A stretch of 64,000 nucleotides of DNA from an uncultured bacterium. GTDB lineage: Bacteria; Planctomycetota; JAJSAM01; JAJVHW01. The notes under the pieces were generated by a model. That model saw only the letters and a list, made by a program, of their open reading frames with translations, did not search any database and was not told the DNA's origin. Position 1 is the first letter of the stretch. Every line of letters starts with the position of its first letter. The position numbers were made by a program, and so were the translations under genes. This document shows positions 50,039-59,505 of this stretch, one piece after another. The DNA is taken from the NCBI GenBank assembly GCA_937996235.1, contig CALKVK010000033.1, positions 58,722 to 122,721 of the forward strand, given 5' to 3'.

Positions 50039-50626
50039 TCACGCGGGTTCGGCCGGACGCGCCCCGCGCAGGATGACCGCGAATGCCGCCGCGTCGTACA
50101 CGGCATGTGCGACGGCGGGTGCGACGACGCCGCCCGTCGCGAGCTGCGCGACGCCGAGGAGTGCGGCGACCAGCGCCGCCAGGATCGCGTACGTGCGCGT
50201 GAGCGCGTGCAGCGCACCGAACACCGCGGACGTCACGACGATCGCGACGGCGGCTCCGAACGAGCGCGCGAGCCACGGCTGCAGGAAGCCGCGGAAGAGC
50301 AGCTCCTCGCCGATGCCGGCCGCACACGCGAGCGCGACGATCTCGTCCCACGTGCACGCGGCGAACAGCGGGCGGATGCGTTCGTCCACGATCGTGCGCA
50401 GGCGGACGAACGGTCCGAGGCGACTGCGACGGAGTGCGAGCAGCCCGGCGAGCAGCGGCAGCGCGAGCGCGACGCCCACGAGCGCGTCGCGGCCGGCGTG
50501 CGACGTGTCGCCGAGCAGCCGCACGTCGGTGGCGTGCGCGAGGACGACGGCGAGGACGCCGAGAGCGCCTTCGAGCGTCGCCGTCACGAGGAACGCGCGG
50601 CGGGAGACCTCGCGGGCGGCGTCCAT
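50039..50626 (-). CDS. CPBP family intramembrane glutamic endopeptidase (CAAX protease-like)
   Basis: The motifs 'GIGEELLFRGFL' and 'FGALH', plus a late 'H..YD' motif ('VAHAVYDAA'), are present. There are several TM helices. Confidence 0.8.
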   Translation of the reverse strand: MDAAREVSRRAFLVTATLEGALGVLAVVLAHATDVRLLGDTSHAGRDALVGVALALPLLAGLLALRRSRLGPFVRLRTIVDERIRPLFAACTWDEIVALACAAGIGEELLFRGFLQPWLARSFGAAVAIVVTSAVFGALHALTRTYAILAALVAALLGVAQLATGGVVAPAVAHAVYDAAAFAVILRGARPAEPA

Positions 50627-50660
50627 GGCGACCGAGCGTACGTCACGCGGACCGGCCCGC

Positions 50661-52139
50661 TCAGAGGCGCTCGACGTGCGCGCGCCAGGCGCGCTCCACG
50701 TCGGCGAGCTCGCCGAACACCGCGCGGAAGTCCGCGAGGCGCTGCGCCGCGCCGCCCGCGCCGGGCGCCGTCGGGTGCAGCTCGCGCACGTAGCGCGCGA
50801 ACTCGGCCGGACGCCGCACCGCGAGGTAGTGCGCGAGCGACCAGGCCTCGGCGTACGCCCCGGCCGGGTCGCCGCCGGCGCGCTCGAAGCGCGAGCCGTC
50901 GACGAGCGCCGCGAGGTCGCCGCCGCGGCCCGCCTCCCAGGTCGCGCGCAGGTCGGCGAGCCGGCCGGTGTTCGTCGCCTCGAGACGCTGCAGCTCGCGG
51001 CCGGTGACCTCGAACAGCGTCGCGAGCCCCTCGCTCAGCCAGACGGGCTCGCCCGCGCGCGCGATCCCCGTCTGGAACGCGATCTGGTGGCACGCCTCGT
51101 GGGTGGTGGCGGCGAGCGACTCCGACTCCCACCACGCCGCGAGCGCCGCGCGGTGTCGGGCGAGCTCCTCACGACGCTCGCGCAGGCGCGTGCGCGCCGC
51201 GGCGACCTGCGCGAGCCCCTCGTCGATCGCGGCGAGTCCCTGCGCCCGCTCGGGCGACGCCGGCGCAGCAGCCGCCTCGCGGCGTGCGGCGGCGAGTCGC
51301 TCGGAATCGGCGTCGAGCTGCGCCTCGACGCGCAGCAGGTCCTCGACCTCGCGCGCCGTCTCCGCCTCGGCGTCGGCCGCGGACGGGGACGTGCCGGAGT
51401 CGAAGAGGAGGATGCGTCCGGTGGCGCCGACGAACAGGCCGCTCAGGCCGCGGGATTCGCCCGCCTCGAGCCCGGCCGCGGCGAGCCAGCGCGCGTGGTC
51501 CCTGAACACCAGCGCCTCGAGGCGGTCGTCGAGGAGCCGCGGCTCGAGGCCGACGCGCTCGGTGAGCTGGTGGAAGCGCCGCCACGCGACCTCGAGCATC
51601 TCGCCGCGCCGCCGCACGTCCGGCTCGGCGACGTCGTATGCGATGCGCCAGTGCCGCGTGCGCAGGAGCCGTGCGCCGGCGCCGAAGTCCTGCAGCAGGC
51701 GCTCCTCCGCGGCCGCGTCGGGCGCCACCTCGCGCTCGAGCACCTGCCACGACCGCAGCCGCGCGGCGATCGCCGCGTCCTCCGGAGCCCAGCGTGCGGC
51801 GAGCCCGAGCAGCTCGCCCTCTTCTGCGCCGAGCCGGAGCCCGTGCGCGACGTCCGCGAGTTCGAGCGCCAGCGCCGAGTCGCCCTCCGGCAGCCGCGCC
51901 CGGCTCTCGACGAAGCGCTCCTCGTCGGTCGCGCCGTACTCGATCTCGCGGATGAGCGAGCGCGGCAGCCGCACCGTCCCGCCGCGGACCTCGACGCGCA
52001 CGGCGTCGCCGTCCTCGACGACCCGCCCGACGACCTGCCCCCCGCGACGCAGGTGGACGACGTCGCCCCGCGCGACCCCGCCGGACACGACGGGGACGGT
52101 CAGGAGCAATGCGAGGGCGACGCGGAGGCGCGCGGACAC
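50661..52139 (-). CDS. Secreted DUF1570-like putative zinc metallopeptidase (HExxH)
   Basis: A GTG start is followed by the signal peptide 'RLRVALALLLTVPVVSGG'. The HExxH motif is 'TTHEACHQIAF', followed by 'WLSEGLATLFE' and 'YAEAWSLAHYL'. There is a central coiled-coil insert. Confidence 0.65.
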   Translation of the reverse strand: MSARLRVALALLLTVPVVSGGVARGDVVHLRRGGQVVGRVVEDGDAVRVEVRGGTVRLPRSLIREIEYGATDEERFVESRARLPEGDSALALELADVAHGLRLGAEEGELLGLAARWAPEDAAIAARLRSWQVLEREVAPDAAAEERLLQDFGAGARLLRTRHWRIAYDVAEPDVRRRGEMLEVAWRRFHQLTERVGLEPRLLDDRLEALVFRDHARWLAAAGLEAGESRGLSGLFVGATGRILLFDSGTSPSAADAEAETAREVEDLLRVEAQLDADSERLAAARREAAAAPASPERAQGLAAIDEGLAQVAAARTRLRERREELARHRAALAAWWESESLAATTHEACHQIAFQTGIARAGEPVWLSEGLATLFEVTGRELQRLEATNTGRLADLRATWEAGRGGDLAALVDGSRFERAGGDPAGAYAEAWSLAHYLAVRRPAEFARYVRELHPTAPGAGGAAQRLADFRAVFGELADVERAWRAHVERL

Positions 52140-52219
52140 GGTCCTACTTCGGACGCACGCGGGGCCCGACCGAAGCGGACGACCGCGGCGTCGTCGCGTC
52201 CGCGCGGTAGGCTCGCGGG

Positions 52220-52615
52220 ATGCTGCAGCCGAACCGCCGCGTCGCGCTCGCGGCCGCGCTCCTCGTCCTCGCGGCGGCGGCCCCCGGCTGGCGCGGCGAG
52301 CTCGTGCCCGTGGAGCACGAGGACGTGCTCGCGGCGTCGCGCGCGGCCCCTCCCTCGACGGTGTTCGGCGTCGCCCGCGACGGCGCCGTGCCCGGCGAGC
52401 GCTGGCACGCGCAGTACGCGGGCAGCGGCGTCGCGGCGGCGCTGCACGACGCCGGGATGGGGGCCGGGCTCACCCGCGTGCTCCCGCCGCGCTTCGCGGC
52501 GCACCTGGCGCCCGGCGCCGAGCACGCCGACGGGTACTTCCGCGTCGAGGCGCGCGTCCACTGGCCCTGGTGGCGCAGCGGTGCCGGAGTGGCGTGGGGC
52601 GACGCCCCGCAGTAG
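52220..52615 (+). CDS. Hypothetical secreted protein (131 aa)
   Basis: The N-terminus 'RRVALAAALLVLAAAAPG' is signal-like. GC3 bias is strong. I recognise no motif. Confidence 0.45.
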   Translation: MLQPNRRVALAAALLVLAAAAPGWRGELVPVEHEDVLAASRAAPPSTVFGVARDGAVPGERWHAQYAGSGVAAALHDAGMGAGLTRVLPPRFAAHLAPGAEHADGYFRVEARVHWPWWRSGAGVAWGDAPQ

Positions 52616-52807
52616 CGTGTCGCCCGTCCTCGCTCCGGGGCGCCCGTCGCGGCCGCCTGTCCTCGCGGGTGGACACGCCCCTGTCGCCCGGGGGCGGCAT
52701 GGCGTGTGCAGCCGCAGGGAGGCGCGGCCCGGAGCGGGTCGTGCGGGGCGAGGTCGGGCCGCAGAGGCGGTCCGGCGGACGACGGACGACGAGGTGGAGG
52801 TGACGAC

Positions 52808-54487
52808 GTGAGAGGCAAGACGCTGACCCTGACCCTGGCCGCCTGTGCCGGCGGCGCCCTGTGCGCCGCGTACGGACCCGTCGCGGCTCCGACGAACCTC
52901 CAGCCGGCCGGCGCGCTCCCCGCGGCGAGCGCCGCCGACGACATCACCGTCCCCGACTGGGAGCGCCAGTACGACAAGGCGCTCGACTTCGCGGTCGACG
53001 AGCTCGCCAAGCTCTCGAAGTGGTGTGTGAAGGAGCAGCTCGAGTGGACGTCGAACTACGTCCGCCGGCGCTCGTTCCGCTACCGCCCCGACCACCCCGA
53101 GCTGCGCGCGGAGTTCGGGTACGAGCGCGACCCGGCCGGCCGCTGGGTGCAGAACGACCTGCGCCGCGACGAGCTGCGCTCCACGATCGACATCAACGAC
53201 CCGACGTCGTCGGGCTTCGACAAGAACATGGACAAGCTCCAGGCGAAGGTCGCCGACCGCTTCAAGGGGCTCGCCGTGAAGGCGGACAAGATGGCCGCGT
53301 CGAGCGGCGACCCGCAGTGGAAGGAGCTCGCGGAGCGCGCCTGGGAGCGCGTCCTCGAGGCCGACCCCGACGGGAAGATCGCGAAGCAGGCGCACGAGGC
53401 GCTCAAGCACCCGAAGTTCGACGGCGAGTACTGCTCGCCCTTCAAGCTCCGGTTCCTGAAGTCGCGCAAGGAGCGCAAGCAGGCCGGCGAGGCGCTCGCG
53501 GCCAAGCAGTACGACGTCGAGAAGGTGCCCGCCGACGGCCTCATCCCGAAGTCGGGCCTCGCCGGCTTCGGCGCGCGCTCGACGCACTGGGTGATCAACA
53601 CCACGCACTCGCAGGAGGTCGCGATCGAGCTCGCGCAGTGGTCGGAGCGCGCGCTCGAGGACATCGCCACGCAGTACGGCTTCCCGGAGCAGGCCGTCGA
53701 GCGGCGCGTGTTCCAGAAGTACGACATCGTGAAGCCCGACGGCGACGAGCTGCAGCAGTACCTCGAGAAGGGCGCGCAGTGGGACCGCGCGAAGGTCACG
53801 AAGTACCTCGAGCACTTCGGCGGCATGTCGGCGGAGCCCCGCGGCTTCGTCTCGAAGGGCACCGGCGGTCAGGACTCGTGGGACCTGGTGTGCCACGAGA
53901 CGGGTCACGCGCTCGTCGCGGGCGCGATGTTCGCGGCGATGTCGGACCTCGGGGCGCGGCTCGGCTCGACCAGCCGCGGCAACGACGTCGAGAACTGGCT
54001 CCAGGAGTCCGTCTCGTACGACTCGACGCGCCGCCTGACCGGGACCACGATCACGACCTGCGGCACCTTCGGCCGGTACGGCATGAACCTCACGCCGAAG
54101 CCGGGCCAGGACATCTGGATCCTGCTCGCGCGGCGCCAGGTGGAGATGGACGACGACGTCCCCCTCTCGCAGCTCTGGCACACCGAGATCAACGACCTCA
54201 AGGGCCCGGAGACCGTGAAGGGCTACGCGCTCCTGCAGTTCCTGTTCGAGCACGACACCACGCTCGCGCAGAAGTTCGTCTGGCACGCGCTCGCGCACGG
54301 CACGCCCGCGGCGGTGATGGACGTCTACGGCGACTGGCTCGGCGTGCAGAAGTCCGACGACTCCGGTGGCGAGACCGCCGGCCACGCGGCGCCGCAGACC
54401 GGCGGGGCGAGCGCCCTGCCCGAGTACAACGCGGCGATGGACCTGCTCGACGACCGCTACCGGGAGTGGATCCTCAAGGCCTGGTAG
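52808..54487 (+). CDS. Putative lipoprotein with HExxH metallopeptidase-like motif (distant DUF1570-like)
   Basis: The GTG at 52808 follows GGAGGTG. The lipobox-like N-terminus is 'LTLTLAACAGG'. The HExxH motif is 'LVCHETGHALV', followed later by 'KGYALLQFLFEHD'. The composition is non-biased, with many K, E, W and Y, so this is a real coding frame. Confidence 0.6.
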   Translation: MRGKTLTLTLAACAGGALCAAYGPVAAPTNLQPAGALPAASAADDITVPDWERQYDKALDFAVDELAKLSKWCVKEQLEWTSNYVRRRSFRYRPDHPELRAEFGYERDPAGRWVQNDLRRDELRSTIDINDPTSSGFDKNMDKLQAKVADRFKGLAVKADKMAASSGDPQWKELAERAWERVLEADPDGKIAKQAHEALKHPKFDGEYCSPFKLRFLKSRKERKQAGEALAAKQYDVEKVPADGLIPKSGLAGFGARSTHWVINTTHSQEVAIELAQWSERALEDIATQYGFPEQAVERRVFQKYDIVKPDGDELQQYLEKGAQWDRAKVTKYLEHFGGMSAEPRGFVSKGTGGQDSWDLVCHETGHALVAGAMFAAMSDLGARLGSTSRGNDVENWLQESVSYDSTRRLTGTTITTCGTFGRYGMNLTPKPGQDIWILLARRQVEMDDDVPLSQLWHTEINDLKGPETVKGYALLQFLFEHDTTLAQKFVWHALAHGTPAAVMDVYGDWLGVQKSDDSGGETAGHAAPQTGGASALPEYNAAMDLLDDRYREWILKAW

Positions 54488-54588
54488 CCCGTCCGACTCG
54501 AACGACGGCCCGTCCCGGCACCGCGCCGGGGCGGGCCGTCCCGTTTCCGGCCCCCGCGCCACGGGCGGTTCGATACAAACGCGGCGCG

Positions 54589-55299
54589 ATGCCGCCCGCC
54601 GCCCCGCCCCGCGTCCTCGCCGTGCTCGGCATGCACCGCAGCGGCACGAGCTGGCTCGCGGGGAGTCTGGAGTCGCTCGGCGTCGAACTCGGCGAGGTCT
54701 CGACGTCGGACCCGCACAACCGGCGCGGCAACCGCGAGAGCCCCGAGCTGATGGCGCTGCACGACGCGGTGCTGCGCGCGAACGACGGCTCGTGGAAGCG
54801 TCCGCCGCGGCGCGCGGTGTGGGACGCGTCGCAGAGCGCCGCGCTGGCGGCGCACGTCGCGCGGATGGACGCCGCGTACGCCCTGTGGGGCTTCAAGGAT
54901 CCGCGTGCGCTGCTGCTCCTCGACGAGTGGCTGCGGCAGGTGCCGCGGCTCGAGCGCGTCGGCATCTACCGGCACCCGCGCGCCGTGCACCGCTCGCTCG
55001 CCGCGCGCGACGCGCGCTTCACGCCGCGCCGCGCGGTGCGGCTGTGGCGCGCGTACGTCGAGCGCCTGGTCGCGGAGCACCGCCGCGCGCCGTTCCCGAT
55101 CCTCGCGTTCGACGTCGGTCCGGACGAGCTCGATGCGCAACTGCGCGCCGTCGCGGGGCTGCTGCACCTGCCCGTGGCCGAGGGCGCGACGTTCTACGAC
55201 CCGGAGCTGGTGCACCAGGCGGGCGCGGCCCGCGAGAGCGTGCCGTGGTCGTGCCGCCGGCTGATGGCCTACCTCGACGCGGAGCGGCTGCGACCGTGA
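54589..55299 (+). CDS. Sulfotransferase family protein
   Basis: The PAPS 5'-phosphosulfate-binding loop is 'VLGMHRSGTSWLAGSL'. The protein is 236 aa. Confidence 0.6.
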   Translation: MPPAAPPRVLAVLGMHRSGTSWLAGSLESLGVELGEVSTSDPHNRRGNRESPELMALHDAVLRANDGSWKRPPRRAVWDASQSAALAAHVARMDAAYALWGFKDPRALLLLDEWLRQVPRLERVGIYRHPRAVHRSLAARDARFTPRRAVRLWRAYVERLVAEHRRAPFPILAFDVGPDELDAQLRAVAGLLHLPVAEGATFYDPELVHQAGAARESVPWSCRRLMAYLDAERLRP

Positions 55300-56162
55300 G
55301 CGCGCCGCGGGCGCCGCGCCCGTTCCCCGGACGTCGCCGCGTGCTCGCGACGCCGCCGCGCCGCAGCCCGGGCCCCGTCCGGTTCCTCGGCCTGCTGCTC
55401 TGCTACAACGACGACGACGTGCTCGAGCCGGTGATCGAGCACCTCGTGCGCAACCGCCACGACCTCGTGGTCTGGAACCACGGCAGCGAGGACCGGACGC
55501 ACGAGATCTGCCTCCGCCACGTCGGGCGGGGGATCGTCGACTACCAGGTCCTCGACCGCGCCGAGGTGCCGTTCGAGCAGCTCTACACGGTGGCCGGCGA
55601 GTACGTGCGGGCGACCTACGGCGCGCGCTACGACTGGCTCTCGTGGCCCGACCAGGACGAGATCCTCGAAGGCCCCGACCTGACACGGCCGTACCACGCG
55701 CAGGTCGAGGAGCTGCTCGCCGCCGACGCCGCCGACTGGATCGAGTTCGACAACTTCGTCTTCTGGTTCACGGACGCCGACGACCCCGCGGTCGCGGACC
55801 CGGTGGCGCGCATCCGCCACTACTCGCTCTACCGCTCCGCGTCGCCGCGCATCCGCGCGTGGCGCATGGCCTCCTGCAACGAGCGGAAGATGGGCAACGC
55901 GAACCCGCCGCTCGGGCGCAAGGCGGCCGTCAACTGGCCGCTCCGGCACTACCCGATGCGCAGCGCGGAGCAGGCCCGGCGGCGCGCGCTCCACGACCGC
56001 AACCAGCCCGGCTTCGAGCGCGGCGACAAGAACTGGCACTACCGCCGCTTCCGCGACGACGCCGACGCCCTGCGCGTGCCCGCCGGGCGCCTGCACCGCT
56101 TCGACGGCGTCCGGCTTGACCCCGAGGTGGTGTGGGAGTTCTACCGCCGGCAGGAGGGCTGA
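55296..56162 (+). CDS. Glycosyltransferase-like protein (GT2-like fold)
   Basis: The GTG start overlaps the sulfotransferase stop (GTGA). 'FLGLLLCYNDDDVLEPVIEHL...VVWNHGSEDRT' and 'WPDQDEIL' (a DxD-like motif) are present. Confidence 0.5.
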   Translation: MSAPRAPRPFPGRRRVLATPPRRSPGPVRFLGLLLCYNDDDVLEPVIEHLVRNRHDLVVWNHGSEDRTHEICLRHVGRGIVDYQVLDRAEVPFEQLYTVAGEYVRATYGARYDWLSWPDQDEILEGPDLTRPYHAQVEELLAADAADWIEFDNFVFWFTDADDPAVADPVARIRHYSLYRSASPRIRAWRMASCNERKMGNANPPLGRKAAVNWPLRHYPMRSAEQARRRALHDRNQPGFERGDKNWHYRRFRDDADALRVPAGRLHRFDGVRLDPEVVWEFYRRQEG

Positions 56163-56199
56163 GGCACCCGTGCGCGACGTTTGCGGGGGGAGTGCTATC

Positions 56200-56610
56200 A
56201 TGCCGCGCCCTCCGAGGAGCGGCTCCGGCATGAACGCACCCCGACCCGTCGCGCTGAACCACATCCACCTGACCGCCGAGGACCCCGAGGCGGAGATCCG
56301 GTTCCTGTGCGACGTCCTCGGCTTCCGCCGCGACCCGAGCCTTCCGGGCTTCGTCTGGCTCGGGAACATGCAGCTCGCGGTCACGAAGGGCGAGCCGGTG
56401 CGCAACCCGCGCTTCCACATCGGCTTCCGGATGGACTCGACGGACCACGTCGACGGTCTGCGCCACGTGCTCCGGGAGCGCGGCGTCGAGAGCAGCGAGC
56501 CGTTCGCGAACGGCAGCTACTACTCGTGCTCGTTCCGCGACCCCGCCGGGTACCTGATCGAGATCTTCGCCGACGCCGGGATCCCGGCGCTCGGCACTCT
56601 GGCCGACTGA
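56200..56610 (+). CDS. VOC (glyoxalase/bleomycin resistance/dioxygenase) family protein
   Basis: 'LNHIHLTAEDPEAEIRFLCDVLGF', 'FHIGFR' and 'FRDPAGYLIEIF' match. The ATG at 56200 follows GGGGGAG; the ATG at 56230 is an alternative. Confidence 0.75.
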   Translation: MPRPPRSGSGMNAPRPVALNHIHLTAEDPEAEIRFLCDVLGFRRDPSLPGFVWLGNMQLAVTKGEPVRNPRFHIGFRMDSTDHVDGLRHVLRERGVESSEPFANGSYYSCSFRDPAGYLIEIFADAGIPALGTLAD

Positions 56611-56707
56611 CTCTGGCGGGGCGGCTATCCTGCTCGACGACCAGGGGAGATGCGACGCCGCGGACGGAGGTCCGCGCCGCAGACGCCAACGCGACGGAGT
56701 GCCGACC

Positions 56708-58075
56708 ATGCGCAGACGCGCGCTCTCGTGGACTGCAGGGATCTGTCTCGCCGGGGCTCTCGCGGGCGCGGCGCGCGCCGCCGACCCGGCGCCCGACGTG
56801 CACGAGCACGACCTGCCGAACGGCATGAAGGTGCTCGTGCTCGAGGACCACTCGATCCCGAACGCCGCGCTCTACGTGATGTGGCGCGTCGGCTCGCGCA
56901 ACGAGCGGCCGGGCATCACCGGCATCGCGCACTTCTTCGAGCACATGATGTTCCTCGGCGGGCACCGCTTCGGCCGCACGTTCGACAACGTCATGGAGGC
57001 CGCGGGCGGCTCGAACAACGCGTACACCACGCGCGACGTCACCTGCTACCAGGACTGGTTCCCCGCGTCGGAGCTGCCGCTGATCCTCGACATGGAGGCC
57101 GACCGCATGAGCGGGATGGACTTCGTGCCCGCGACGGTGCAGTCGGAGCGCGAGGTCGTGTACAGCGAGCGGCGCCTCGACATGGAGGAGCCCGAGGTCG
57201 TGCTCGACGAGCAGCTCTGGGCGGCGGCGTACACCGCGCACCCGTACCAGTGGGACGTGCTCGGCTGGCCGTCCGACATCGAGGCCTGGCGGCAGGAGGA
57301 CCTCGAGGCGTTCTTCACCGCGAACTACGCGCCGCAGAACGCGGTGCTGGTGCTCGTCGGCGCGGTCGACGCCGACGCCGCGTTCGCACAGATCGAGAAG
57401 CGCATGGCGGGCATCCCGCGCGGGCCGGAGCGGCGGCCCGTGGTGACGCGCGAGCCCGAGCAGCTCGGCGAACGGCGCGTGGTCGTCGAGGACACGTCGG
57501 GCGGCGTGCCGATCGTGATGTGCGCGTGGCACGTTCCGGCGTCGGCGCACGCCGACACGCCGCCGCTCATGGTGCTCGAGCACATGCTCCTCGGCGGCGA
57601 GAGCAGCCGCCTGCACACCGAGCTCGTGGAGGGCGAGCAGCTCTGCGTCGACGTCTCCGGCGGGCTGCAGGGGCTGCAGTTCGACCCGAGCCTCTTCGTC
57701 GTCACGTGCACCCTGCGCGACGGGGGCGATCCCGCCGCGGCCGAGGCGCGTGTGCGCGCCGCGGTCGCGCGGGTCGCGCGGGAAGGCCCCACGGAGCGCG
57801 AGCTGCGGGCCGCGCAGAACACGCTCCGCGCCTCGATCCTGCGGCGCATGAAGACGATCGACGGCAAGGCCGAGGTGCTCGCCGAGACCGAGGTGTTCTT
57901 CGGCGGCTGGCGCCGGCTCGCCGCCCGCCTCGACGCGCTGCGCAGCGTCACGGCGGACGACGTGAAGCGCGTCGCGGCCGCATACCTGACCGAACGCGGG
58001 ATCACGGTGGGGACGCTCCTGCCGCGGGCCGCGGAGCCCGGCGACGACGAGGACGCCGCGGAGGACGGACGATGA
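56708..58075 (+). CDS. M16 family zinc peptidase (pitrilysin-like), catalytic subunit
   Basis: A signal peptide is followed by the inverted zinc motif HxxEH in 'GIAHFFEHMMFLG' and a downstream 'EREVVYSE'. Confidence 0.85.
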   Translation: MRRRALSWTAGICLAGALAGAARAADPAPDVHEHDLPNGMKVLVLEDHSIPNAALYVMWRVGSRNERPGITGIAHFFEHMMFLGGHRFGRTFDNVMEAAGGSNNAYTTRDVTCYQDWFPASELPLILDMEADRMSGMDFVPATVQSEREVVYSERRLDMEEPEVVLDEQLWAAAYTAHPYQWDVLGWPSDIEAWRQEDLEAFFTANYAPQNAVLVLVGAVDADAAFAQIEKRMAGIPRGPERRPVVTREPEQLGERRVVVEDTSGGVPIVMCAWHVPASAHADTPPLMVLEHMLLGGESSRLHTELVEGEQLCVDVSGGLQGLQFDPSLFVVTCTLRDGGDPAAAEARVRAAVARVAREGPTERELRAAQNTLRASILRRMKTIDGKAEVLAETEVFFGGWRRLAARLDALRSVTADDVKRVAAAYLTERGITVGTLLPRAAEPGDDEDAAEDGR

Positions 58076-59505
58076 AGCGCGCGCTCGTTCCCGGCGTCGT
58101 CACCGCGTTCGTCGCGCTCGCGTCGACGGCGTTCGCGCAGGAGCCTGCGCCCGCGGCGGGTGCGCCGCCCGCCGCCGTGCGGCTCCCGGCCACCGAGGAA
58201 CTCGTGCTGCCCTGCGGGATGCGCGTGTTCCTGGTGCCCGACCACGAGACGCCGCTCGTCGCGCTGCGCGTGCGGCTGCCGGGCGGCGGCAACCAGGACA
58301 CTCCCGCACTCGCGGGCCGCGCCGCGCTCGTCGCCGACTGGCTGCGGCGCGGTGCGGGCGAGCGCGACACCCTCGCGTTCCGGCGCGCGGTCGAGGACGC
58401 GGGCGGCGTCTTCGACACCTACGCGACGGCGCGCTGGATCGGCATCGACGCCGAGTTCCTCGCCGAGGACGCCCCGCTCGCCGTCTCGCTCCTCGCGGAC
58501 GTGCTCCTGCGCCCGCGCCTCGACGCCGCCGAGTTCGCGAAGTCGCGCGACCTCGCGCTCGAGCAGATCAACGTGCTGCGCACCGAACCGAACGCCGCGC
58601 TCGGCAACTACTGGAACGCCTGGCTCTTCGGCGCGCACCCGTGGGGCAACCCGGCCGGCGGCGACGAGGCGTCGCTCGGCGGCGACCCCGACGCGCTGCG
58701 GGCCGCTGCGACGGAGTTCGCGCGCGAGACGACACGCGCCGGCAACGTCTGGCTCGCGGTCGCCGGCGACTTCGACTCCGTTGCGCTGCGCGCGCTGCTG
58801 ACCGAGGCGTTCCCGGGCACGGGCGAGCCGCTCCCGCCGCCGCCGGTCCCCGCGGTGCCGCAGCCGCGGAAGGGCGGCGTGCTGCTCGTGGACGAGCCCG
58901 ATTCGCTCCAGACCTACTTCACGTGCGGCGGGCCGGGCTTCGACCGCACCGACCCCGACCACGCCGCGCGCCACCTCGCGAACACGATCCTCGGCGGACG
59001 CTTCACGAGCCGGCTGAACCGCGCGCTGCGCACCGAGGCCGGTCTGACGTACGGCGCCTTCTCGCGCTTCGACGACGTGCGCGGCGGCGCGTTCTGGATG
59101 CACACGTTCACGCAGCGGGCGCGGACCGCCGAGTGCGTGGGCATGGCGCGCCGGATCTACCGCGAGTTCGTCGAGAAGGGCATGACCGCGGACGAGCTCG
59201 CGTCGGCGCGCACCTACGTGAAGGGCCAGTTCGCGCCGGACGAGCTCGAGACCGCCGCGCAGTCCGCGGACTGGGTGCTCGACCTCGCGATCTCGGGCCT
59301 CTCGCGCGACTTCATCGACGGCTGGTTCGCCCGGCTCGATGCCGTCACGCTCGACGACGTCAACCGCGTGATCCGCGAGCGCTTCCCGCGGGAGCCGCTC
59401 GCGTGGGCGTTCATCGGGCCGGCCGCGGTCGTCCGTCCGATCGCCGAGGGGCTGGGCGAGGTCACGCAGATCGAGCTGTCGGCGCCGGGCTTCGGTCCGC
59501 GCTGA
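58072..59505 (+). CDS. M16 family peptidase-like protein lacking the HxxEH motif (non-catalytic partner)
   Basis: The ATGA overlap with the upstream M16 gene is at 58072-58075. There is a signal peptide and an M16 fold pattern ('NTILGGRFTSRLNRALRTEAGLTYGA'), but no HxxEH. Confidence 0.75.
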   Translation: MKRALVPGVVTAFVALASTAFAQEPAPAAGAPPAAVRLPATEELVLPCGMRVFLVPDHETPLVALRVRLPGGGNQDTPALAGRAALVADWLRRGAGERDTLAFRRAVEDAGGVFDTYATARWIGIDAEFLAEDAPLAVSLLADVLLRPRLDAAEFAKSRDLALEQINVLRTEPNAALGNYWNAWLFGAHPWGNPAGGDEASLGGDPDALRAAATEFARETTRAGNVWLAVAGDFDSVALRALLTEAFPGTGEPLPPPPVPAVPQPRKGGVLLVDEPDSLQTYFTCGGPGFDRTDPDHAARHLANTILGGRFTSRLNRALRTEAGLTYGAFSRFDDVRGGAFWMHTFTQRARTAECVGMARRIYREFVEKGMTADELASARTYVKGQFAPDELETAAQSADWVLDLAISGLSRDFIDGWFARLDAVTLDDVNRVIRERFPREPLAWAFIGPAAVVRPIAEGLGEVTQIELSAPGFGPR

